From assembly GCA_037386005.1 (NCBI GenBank), contig JARRMM010000005.1, positions 21,045-85,044 of the forward strand: a stretch of 64,000 nucleotides of DNA. Reading direction: 5' to 3'. The stretch comes from Deinococcales bacterium. Lineage in GTDB: Bacteria > Deinococcota > Deinococci > Deinococcales > Trueperaceae. A model generated the notes under the pieces. The model worked only from the letters and a program-made list of their open reading frames with translations. It was not told where the DNA came from and did no database searches. Shown piece by piece: positions 27,112 to 34,364 of this stretch. The position numbers and the translations under genes were made by a program. Each line of letters begins with the position of its first letter. The stretch's first letter is position 1.

Positions 27112-30100
27112 CTAGAAGAGCAGCCCCTCCTGCATCTCGAGCATCCGACGGCGCTCGGCCGCGAAGGACGAGGCCATCTCCCCGTCCTGAAGCTGCGCTT
27201 CCAGGTCTGCCAGGAGCGCATCGGCCCGGTCGAGCGCCTCGTTGCCCTCGCCGTTCGAGCCCAACTGCCGGAGAAGGTGCGCTGCCGCACAGCGGGCCCT
27301 CGCCTCGTGCATGGGGTAGCCGTGCTCGGCCCAGAGCTCTGCGGCGAGCACGTAGTTACCGGCTGCCGCTGCGCCCGTGCCATCCGCCTCGGCCAGCGCG
27401 CCACGGGCTGCCTCCAGGGCTGCCCGGGCATGCACCGACCCGTACTGCCGCTCGGTGCGTTCGAGGATGCGGACGCAGAGCTCGACGCGGCGGCGATGGT
27501 CGTCGGCGGAATGGTGGGCGAGCCAGTGTGCCGCGGTCATCACGGGGTCGATCACCGTGTCCGGGTAGCTGGTCCTGTCGCCCACGGCGTCGACCAGGTC
27601 GGCCGCGAGCCGATCCGCCGCTGCGGTGTCGTCCCTGGCGGCGGCCCCTCGCAGCAGCTCACGCATGCCTTGAGAGCGGAACCTCAGCGCCATCCCGGGC
27701 GGCATCGCCGTTGCGATCGTGTTCAACCACGGCTGGGCCTCGGCCACGCGACCGAGGTCCAGGTCTGCCATCGCTACGGCGAAGGTGTGCTGGTTGAAGG
27801 TGCCGGCCTCCGCACGCAGCGCGAGTAGGGCCGCGACAGCCGCCGACCACCGGCACCGGCTCCAGTCGAGTCGGAACAAGCGAGTCCGGCCGAACCGCTC
27901 GAACGCCTTGAGCTGGTGGCGACGGGAGTGATCGATGAGCTGGCGGAACGGCTCGGCTGCCTCCTCGAGCCGGCCGTAGCTCTCGAGGGCCGCGCCGAGG
28001 AACGAAAGGGCGGATCCCACCTCGACGAAGGCGCCGATGCGTTCCGCGACCTCCACCGCCTCCTGGATCCTCGCAAGGGCGTCATCGTGCCGATCGCTCC
28101 GGGTACAGGCCAACACCCAACCTAGGACCATGAGCCCCTGGGCCCGGTGCCGGTCGCTCCCCAGCCGCTCGGCCACGGCGAGGCCACGCTCCGCCACTGC
28201 GAGGGCCCGGTCGTCATGCTCGTGGAGGTCGCTCTCGGCGATCCTGGTCAGAAGAAAGGCGAGCTCGGGTGACTCGGGGCCCTTCTCGAGCAACGGCAAC
28301 CACGCGTGGAAGGCGTCGAGCATACGCAGGTTCTCCGGTGGCCGGTTCACGACGATGCGCATGATCTCGGCCCGGATGGCCCCGGAGGAGCGCCGGTCAC
28401 CGAGCCGCTCGTACTCGGCCAACGACTTCTCGAGGATGCGCTCTGCGTCGATTGGGTCACCGTGGAGGCTCAGACACTGCGCAAGGTCGTAGAGCAACTC
28501 CGCACGTCCTTCGGTGTCGGCTTCGGGCCAGGCGTCGAGGGCGCTTCGGTAGGAATGAATGGCGTCGGTCAGGGCGAAGGCGCTGCGGGCGCGGTCGCCG
28601 GCCTTCCGCAGGTGGGGTGCCGCGAGCGCCGTGGCGTGGGCCTCGGTGTAGTGATAGGCGAGGGCGAGCGGATCGGCGTCCTCCCCCATGAGGGCTTCGG
28701 TGGCGGCCGCGACCTTCTCGTGCAGGTAGCTTCGTTCCGCTGCTCCCACGTGATCGAGCACGTAGCGTTGGATAAGGTTGTGGCGGAAGCGGTAGCGGGA
28801 GACGCGCTGTCCGCCGGGGAGGCGGGAGACGTCCGCGAGCTCGACGAGGCGGTGCTCTTGCTCGAGCTCGTTGCTCGATACCCGGGCGACGTCCAGCGGG
28901 TCGAGGTCCAGCACGCGCGCCACGACCTCGACGGTGAAGGTCTCGCCTTCGATGCCGGCGGCGGTCAGGACCTGACGGGCGGACGGGTCGAGCCGTGTGA
29001 TGCGCTCGCCGAGCGCACCGGCGACGCGTGCCGGCAGGGCGTCCCAACGCAACTCGGGCCCTTCGATCCAGCGCCCCTCGGCGTCCCGGATCAGGTCACC
29101 GCGCTGCTGCATGGCGCGGAGCAGCTCGATGGTGAAGAGGGGCTGCCCGCCGGTCTGGCGCAGAAGCGCGTCCCGGAAGGCAGGCCCGAGGTCGTTGGGT
29201 TCGGTGTCGAGCCAGGCGTCGAGGAAGGCACGGGTGTCGGCACGGTCCAGGTCGACACGGATGTCCCCGAACTGGCGTGTGAGGCCGTGGATGACCCGCT
29301 GCATCACGGGAGAGGCGCTCCCGTCGGAAGGGGACACCTCGCCGGTGCGGCAGGCGCCGATGATGAGAATGCGCGTCGTTGGGCTGGTGCGGGCGAGCTG
29401 CAGCAAGAGCTCGAGCGAGTGCTCGTCGGCCCATTGGAGGTCGTCGAGAAGCAGCAGGAGTGGCGCGTGTGTGGCGACGTGGGCGAGGACGTCGACGGCT
29501 TCCGAGCGTAGCGCCGCGGCGTTCCGCTGACCGACCGGGCTCGCCGTGGCGCGGGTGTCGGGCGTGGTGAGGCGGTCGGGCAGTGCGATGCCTGCTTCGG
29601 TGAGGCGAGAGCGCAGGGGCGCGAGGGGCAGGAGGGTGTCGAGGAGGTCGGGTCCGTGGTCGAGCACACTGGCCAGGCCGCGGGGCAGGAACGCCCGGAG
29701 GCGGGCGTAGCGGCTCGCGTCGAAGGGGGTCCGGTCGGCTCCCGATGGAACGTGGCCGGTGAGTTGAGCGAAGATCTCCCGGAACGGGGCGAAGGGATCG
29801 CCGACGCCGGTGTAGGCGCTGCAGGTTCCGACGACGGCGAGGAGCTCGGGGTTGGCGGCCTGCGCCCTACCGGCGAACGCCTTCATCAGGCTGGTCTTGC
29901 CCTGACCGGCCTCGCCGGCGATCAGCATCACGCGCCCGCGTCCGTTCAGCGCGTCGTTCAGGGCGCCTTGCAGGCGGTCGAGCTCGGCGGAGCGCGCCAG
30001 GAAGAGGGGAGAAGCCGGGGCCTCGTCGTCGAGGTCGGACTCGGGACGCTCGACGGGCCTCGCGGGGGCAGTGGCGGTGCTCGGCGCGGTGACGTCGCCG

Positions 30101-30426
30101 TCTGGACGCGCCGGCCCGGCTTCCGTTGCCGACTCCACGAGCCAGGGCCGCTCCAGGTCGGGCCGTCGGGTGTCCTGGGCGTCGTCCGCACCGCCGGCAC
30201 GGGCGAAGCGCACGAAGGCGTCGTGCTCGTTGTCGGGCACACCGGTGGCGCGGGCGATCGCGCCGGCGACGGGCTTCGAGGGCCGACGTACGCCGCTCTC
30301 GAGCTTGCGGACGGTGTGGAGGGAACAGCCGACGAGGCGCGCGAGCTCCTTCTGGGTCAGGTCGAGCGCCTTGCGGCGCCTCCGAAGCCACGGCCCGAAC
30401 AGGGCGTCCTCGGTGGATGTGTCCAC
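27112..30426 (-). CDS. XRE-type HTH / P-loop NTPase / TPR regulator, copy C (~1104 aa)
   Basis: ..LDLTQKELARLVGCSLHTVRKLESGVRRPS.., Walker A GEAGQGKT, Walker B LLLLLDDLQWAD, TPR-like C-terminus. Collinear with copy A. GTG 30426 chosen by alignment to A; the track uses TTG 30432. Confidence 0.85.
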   Translation of the reverse strand: MDTSTEDALFGPWLRRRRKALDLTQKELARLVGCSLHTVRKLESGVRRPSKPVAGAIARATGVPDNEHDAFVRFARAGGADDAQDTRRPDLERPWLVESATEAGPARPDGDVTAPSTATAPARPVERPESDLDDEAPASPLFLARSAELDRLQGALNDALNGRGRVMLIAGEAGQGKTSLMKAFAGRAQAANPELLAVVGTCSAYTGVGDPFAPFREIFAQLTGHVPSGADRTPFDASRYARLRAFLPRGLASVLDHGPDLLDTLLPLAPLRSRLTEAGIALPDRLTTPDTRATASPVGQRNAAALRSEAVDVLAHVATHAPLLLLLDDLQWADEHSLELLLQLARTSPTTRILIIGACRTGEVSPSDGSASPVMQRVIHGLTRQFGDIRVDLDRADTRAFLDAWLDTEPNDLGPAFRDALLRQTGGQPLFTIELLRAMQQRGDLIRDAEGRWIEGPELRWDALPARVAGALGERITRLDPSARQVLTAAGIEGETFTVEVVARVLDLDPLDVARVSSNELEQEHRLVELADVSRLPGGQRVSRYRFRHNLIQRYVLDHVGAAERSYLHEKVAAATEALMGEDADPLALAYHYTEAHATALAAPHLRKAGDRARSAFALTDAIHSYRSALDAWPEADTEGRAELLYDLAQCLSLHGDPIDAERILEKSLAEYERLGDRRSSGAIRAEIMRIVVNRPPENLRMLDAFHAWLPLLEKGPESPELAFLLTRIAESDLHEHDDRALAVAERGLAVAERLGSDRHRAQGLMVLGWVLACTRSDRHDDALARIQEAVEVAERIGAFVEVGSALSFLGAALESYGRLEEAAEPFRQLIDHSRRHQLKAFERFGRTRLFRLDWSRCRWSAAVAALLALRAEAGTFNQHTFAVAMADLDLGRVAEAQPWLNTIATAMPPGMALRFRSQGMRELLRGAAARDDTAAADRLAADLVDAVGDRTSYPDTVIDPVMTAAHWLAHHSADDHRRRVELCVRILERTERQYGSVHARAALEAARGALAEADGTGAAAAGNYVLAAELWAEHGYPMHEARARCAAAHLLRQLGSNGEGNEALDRADALLADLEAQLQDGEMASSFAAERRRMLEMQEGLLF

Positions 30427-30471
30427 GACCAACCTTCCCCCAGGTTCCTCCGTTGCCTACGGCGTCAGGGA

Positions 30472-30495
30472 CGATTGTAGCACCGCCTGTCACGC
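30472..30495 (-). promoter_or_regulatory. Extended -10 promoter (TGCTACAAT) plus conserved block upstream of regulator C
   Basis: Identical 24-mer to 24831-24854, although the flanking coding sequences are clearly diverged. Confidence 0.6.
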
Positions 30496-30554
30496 TCGGT
30501 GTCCCGGTTGCGGTCGCGGTCTCCGTGACCACGCGGTCCCTCGTTCACGCTGAA

Positions 30555-30564
30555 ATGGCGCCAT
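30555..30564. promoter_or_regulatory. Perfect palindrome ATGGCGCCAT in the leader of small ORF C
   Basis: Lies 25 nt upstream of ATG 30589. Equivalent positions are ATGGCGCCAC (25228-25237, paralog A) and ATGCCGTCAT (26743-26752, paralog B). Confidence 0.45.
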
Positions 30565-30588
30565 CTGAAGGAGAGAGGGAGGCCGATC

Positions 30589-30855
30589 ATGAACGACTAC
30601 ACGGCGCAGCGTGCGATGCGGGGACGGTACGAGGATCTGGCCCGGCAGGCGAACCGGGAGCGGCGGGCCACGAGCTCGGTGGCGAGCGTCGGCGGGCGCA
30701 GCCTGCTCGCCAGGTTCTTCGGGCGGTTGTTCGGCCGGCGCGACGGCGCGCCTCGCGAAGTCGTGGAGCCTGCGGCGAGGACGGCGCCGCAGAGAGAGCC
30801 GGAGTCCGCGCGCGGGCCGGCCCGCAGCTGGGATGCGATGCGGAGTGACGTCTAG
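30589..30855 (+). CDS. Small Arg-rich protein, paralog C (88 aa)
   Basis: MNDYTAQRAMRGRYEDLARQANRERRATSSVASVGGRSLLARFFGRLFGRRDG..; SD GGAGAGAGGGAGG upstream. Confidence 0.6.
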   Translation: MNDYTAQRAMRGRYEDLARQANRERRATSSVASVGGRSLLARFFGRLFGRRDGAPREVVEPAARTAPQREPESARGPARSWDAMRSDV

Positions 30856-31087
30856 CTTGAACGGGGGCGCGCCGGACGTGCCCCGATGGGGCGCCCGCCC
30901 GCCGCGAACGCCGGCCGGCGGCGCGCCGGTGCGGAGGCTGCGGCGGAAGGAACCGAGGGCTCGCTGGGTGACTCGGATCCGCCGCCTGAGGGCACGATTG
31001 ACGCACCAACGGTCACGCCGTCGGTCGTCCGCTCGGGACGGGCGCCGACCTGCTACGGGGTCGCTTGTCGGCGCGAAGAGGGGGCCG

Positions 31088-31121
31088 CACCCGCACGGGC
31101 GCGGCCCCCTCGATCCTGTGC
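31088..31121. terminator. Strong stem-loop between convergent small-ORF region and the DUF1059 gene
   Basis: 11-bp perfect stem GAGGGGGCCGC / GCGGCCCCCTC with a 12-nt loop. No clear U-tract on either strand. Confidence 0.4.
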
Positions 31122-31146
31122 AACGCGTCAGGCGGAACGAGATGCT

Positions 31147-31323
31147 TCAGGCAGAACGAACCGAAGCGAGGACCTTGTCGACCATCGCGTCGTCGACCTC
31201 CTCCACCCCGTGGACCTCTCGGGCGTGCTGCGCAACGATCTCGAGGAGCTCCTGCTCGTCCTCCGCGCGCACCTCCGCGTCGCAATCGAAGCCCACGTCC
31301 CGACATCTGAGCAACTTGGCCAT
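31147..31323 (-). CDS. DUF1059 family small protein (58 aa; below ORF-track length cutoff)
   Basis: Hand translation: MAKLLRCRDVGFDCDAEVRAEDEQELLEIVAQHAREVHGVEEVDDAMVDKVLASVRSA. The C-x-D-x-G-x-D-C and H-A-x-x-x-H-G pattern is typical of DUF1059. SD GGGAGGA; 21 nt downstream of the SARP gene stop. Confidence 0.75.
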   Translation of the reverse strand: MAKLLRCRDVGFDCDAEVRAEDEQELLEIVAQHAREVHGVEEVDDAMVDKVLASVRSA

Positions 31324-31344
31324 GCTGACGTCCTCCCTTCCCGG

Positions 31345-33015
31345 CTAGCCTGGACCATCCCCCGTCACAGCAGCGTCACGCCCCTGCGCTCCGGTCCCAT
31401 CGCGCAGCAGTCTGCGCGAGGCTTCGACCAGGGGCTCCCAACCCACGGCGTCTGCCCGCCGAAGAGCCGCACGGGCGCACGTCTCCGCCCGAGCCCGCCG
31501 TCCGGCGCCGAGCTCGGCACGCGCGAGGGTGAGTAACGACTCGATCTGGAGCCGCTTGTCTCCCGTCTCCGTAGCGATGGTGAAGGCAGTGGCAGCCGCC
31601 TGGGTCGGCGTCAGGAGGCCGGCCCGGTGCCGTTCTGGCAGCTGCAGACGCGCCTGCGCCAGGCTATCCAGGACGTACCCCTCGAGCAGGCGATCGCGCG
31701 CCAGCCGGGCCAGGGCGAGGGCGCGCTCGAGCAGGCGGACGCCGTCTCGGGCGCGCCCCTCGACCGCCATCTGCAGCCCCAGGTTGTTGAGGACGTTGGC
31801 CTCCGTCATTCGTTCGCCGGTGGCGCGGGCGAGCGCCAGGGCCCGCAGGTAGTGCCCCGTCGCCTGCCGGCCTCGCCCCAGCGCGTCCTCGACCAGAGCC
31901 AGGTTGAGGCGCATGCGGAGCTCGGCGAAGGCGTCGCTCTGCTCCAGGTGCTTCAGCGCCTCGCCCCAGCGGGATCGTGCCCCGTCGAGGTCGCCGCGCG
32001 CCCAGCTGAGCGAACCGCGGACGAAGTGGGCCTCGGCCACGGTCGAGGAGGTCTCCTGGCCTTGAGCGAGCAGCTCGAGGGCCCGTGTGGCGCGGCGTTC
32101 GGCGGCCGCGTTGCGTCCCAGCCGATGCTCCAGCCAGGCGAGGTCTACCAGCGCGCGTGCAAGCTCGTGGGGCTCGGTCAACGCGGCCACGACCGATTGC
32201 AGCAACGACGCGCCCTCCTCCATCCAGCCGCCCGTTTCCGCCGAGTGAGCCAGCGGACCGCCCATGGCCGTGAGTGACGGCAGCTCGGTCTGAAGGGCCC
32301 CGGCGGCCGCACGCGCCGCCCCCCGTGCCAGGGCCTGGGTCGCCGCCGTCGGGGCGGCCCCCACCTCCTCCGCCAACGCGCGACGCAAGCGCGCGTAGGC
32401 ACGCAGCGCCGCTCCCGGCTCGCCGCGGGCGAGCTCGAGCTCCATCAAGGTGCGGCAGGCGTCCTCCGACCAGGGGCGCAGGCGCACCAGCTTCACCGCC
32501 GCGAGGACGGCTGCGGCGAGGTCTCCTTCGGAGGTCGCTGACTCGATGCTGGCTGTCAGCGCTGCGGCCTGCCGCTCCGTTACGTCGCTGCGGCTCGCCT
32601 CGAGCCACGACTCCAGCTCCGGCAGGTCGGAGGCGTCCAGGCTGCCGAGCAGGCCCGCTGGGGCGATGGCGGCGAGGTCGTCGGAGTCCATGTCCCGGAC
32701 GTCGGCCCAGAGGTCCTCGCGCAAGGCCACGCCATCGCGGTCCAGCACCGGAGCGTGCTGGTCGATCCGCAGGAGCGCCTGCCGGAGGTTCGCGCGCGCC
32801 CGGGACTCGGGCCTTTCGGGCCACAAGAGCCCCGCGAGCCGCTCCCTGGGCGTCGGTCCTTCGAGCGCCAGGAAGGCCAGGATGAGGGAGGCCACCCGCG
32901 CTGGTCGCCAACGGCCCGTCGGTCCTACGAGCTCGGCGGTCTCGCCCAGGAGATGGAGCTGCCACGGGTTCCGGACGGCGCCGTCTGTGCCCGGACGCGG
33001 CGTGTAGGCGCTCAT
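31345..33015 (-). CDS. SARP-type (OmpR-like wHTH + BTAD) regulator with C-terminal TPR repeats
   Basis: ..WQLHLLGETAELVG..RVASLILAFLALEGPTPRERLAGLLWPERPESRARANLRQALLRI.. (wHTH), BTAD ..ACRTLMELELARGEPGAALRAYARLRRALAEEVG.., then TPR-like repeats. ATG 33015 follows GGAGGGGG. Confidence 0.8.
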   Translation of the reverse strand: MSAYTPRPGTDGAVRNPWQLHLLGETAELVGPTGRWRPARVASLILAFLALEGPTPRERLAGLLWPERPESRARANLRQALLRIDQHAPVLDRDGVALREDLWADVRDMDSDDLAAIAPAGLLGSLDASDLPELESWLEASRSDVTERQAAALTASIESATSEGDLAAAVLAAVKLVRLRPWSEDACRTLMELELARGEPGAALRAYARLRRALAEEVGAAPTAATQALARGAARAAAGALQTELPSLTAMGGPLAHSAETGGWMEEGASLLQSVVAALTEPHELARALVDLAWLEHRLGRNAAAERRATRALELLAQGQETSSTVAEAHFVRGSLSWARGDLDGARSRWGEALKHLEQSDAFAELRMRLNLALVEDALGRGRQATGHYLRALALARATGERMTEANVLNNLGLQMAVEGRARDGVRLLERALALARLARDRLLEGYVLDSLAQARLQLPERHRAGLLTPTQAAATAFTIATETGDKRLQIESLLTLARAELGAGRRARAETCARAALRRADAVGWEPLVEASRRLLRDGTGAQGRDAAVTGDGPG

Positions 33016-33076
33016 GCGCATACCCCCTCCGTCACCGGTCGGTGACGTTCGTTGCGCGACGCTGACTGGGAAGGCG

Positions 33077-33085
33077 ATTCTAGCA
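33077..33085 (-). promoter_or_regulatory. Extended -10 element TGCTAGAAT upstream of the SARP gene
   Basis: Plus-strand ATTCTAGCA lies ~60 nt upstream of the start. It resembles the TGCTACAAT boxes of regulators A and C. Confidence 0.45.
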
Positions 33086-33242
33086 CTCGTTCCGGGAGGC
33101 TCCGGTGGCGCCCCGTGAGTTCGAGCGGGCTCCCTCCGCGCAGGTGCTGTACACTCGCCCAACGATCCAACGAGTGTCCCAGCCCGCCCCGTCCGTCCGT
33201 CGTCCCCACGTGGCGCCGGGGACCCGTGACGGGAGGTGCGGC

Positions 33243-34304
33243 ATGGCAGGAGGATCGGCCCTGGGATCGACGACGGCGTCCTGGGCGGCATACCGGCCCA
33301 GCGCCCTGGACCGGCTGGTGGACGCCGTGGCGCGCCTGCCCGGCTGGCCGCCGATGGCGTACCTGGTGTTGGGGGCCGGCGGGGTGGTGCTGCTCCATGC
33401 CGTCCGGGTGGTGGACGGGTCGCTCGAGGCGGGCGCCATCTCGGCGCCGCTTGTGAGCTTCGGGACCTGGGGTCCGCTGGTGCTGGCGGCGAAGGCGCTC
33501 ATGCGCCGGACGGCACGGCACAGCGTCGATGGCTTCCGGCCCGCCCTGCGCGGCGACGACCGCGACTGCGACGCGATCCGCTACCGGCTGATGACCCAGC
33601 CGCTGTTCGGGACCTGGCTGGGCGGACTCGGCTTCATCGGCTTCGCGGCCCCTGCGACCTTCCTGAGCGAGCACTACGTGCGGACCACCGGCCTGTTCAC
33701 CTCGCCGGCGGCCGTCGCGCTGCAGCTGCCGCTGCTAGTGTTCTACCTGTGGGTGACGGGTGCAGCGGGCTACGGCATCGTCCACACGCTCGTCACCGTC
33801 CACGGCGTCTACGTGCGCCGGGCGCGCGTGGACGTCCTGCGACCGGAGCCGCTCTACGCGCTCTCCCGGCTCACCAGCTTCTCGGCGATGGCGGTGCTGC
33901 TGGTGCAGTACAACTGGATCGCCGGCAACCCCGCCATCCTGCGTTCACCGGCAGCGCTCGCCAACATCCTCACCTGGGACGCGCTCGCCCTCGTCCTGTT
34001 CGTGTGGCCGCTGTGGGGCGCCCACCGCATGCTGGCGGACGCCAAGAGCGCGCTGCTGGGGGAGGTGGGCATGCGGGTCGAGAGGGCCGGCGCCGAGCTG
34101 CGCCGCGCCGTCGACGAGGACGCCACCGCTCGTATGGCCCCCCTCAAGGACGCCCTGCTCGGCCTGGAGTCGTCCTTGCGGGTGGTGGAGCGCGCGTCGA
34201 CGTGGCCCTGGCAGCCGGAGACGCCGCGACTGGTCGTCTCCGCCGTGCTCCTTCCACTCGGGGCCTGGCTGCTGCAGCAGGTGCTCGACCGCGTGTTGCT
34301 CTAG
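33243..34304 (+). CDS. Hypothetical polytopic membrane protein
   Basis: About 6 hydrophobic segments plus a C-terminal coiled-coil-like region; SD GGGAGG before ATG 33243. Divergent from the SARP gene. No family recognised. Confidence 0.55.
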   Translation: MAGGSALGSTTASWAAYRPSALDRLVDAVARLPGWPPMAYLVLGAGGVVLLHAVRVVDGSLEAGAISAPLVSFGTWGPLVLAAKALMRRTARHSVDGFRPALRGDDRDCDAIRYRLMTQPLFGTWLGGLGFIGFAAPATFLSEHYVRTTGLFTSPAAVALQLPLLVFYLWVTGAAGYGIVHTLVTVHGVYVRRARVDVLRPEPLYALSRLTSFSAMAVLLVQYNWIAGNPAILRSPAALANILTWDALALVLFVWPLWGAHRMLADAKSALLGEVGMRVERAGAELRRAVDEDATARMAPLKDALLGLESSLRVVERASTWPWQPETPRLVVSAVLLPLGAWLLQQVLDRVLL

Positions 34305-34364
34305 GCGGGCGCGACGCGGAGCGGACCGTGGGGGCGCCGCGGCCACCCCCGCTGCCCGCCCCCG

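Noticed and set aside
30433-30518. GTGACA or GTGACC hexamers near the TGCTACAAT boxes, considered as -35 elements.
   Set aside because: The spacing to the -10 is only ~8 nt on the minus strand, which is incompatible with a -35. With an extended -10, a -35 is not required, so these bases are more likely operator sequence or conserved by descent.
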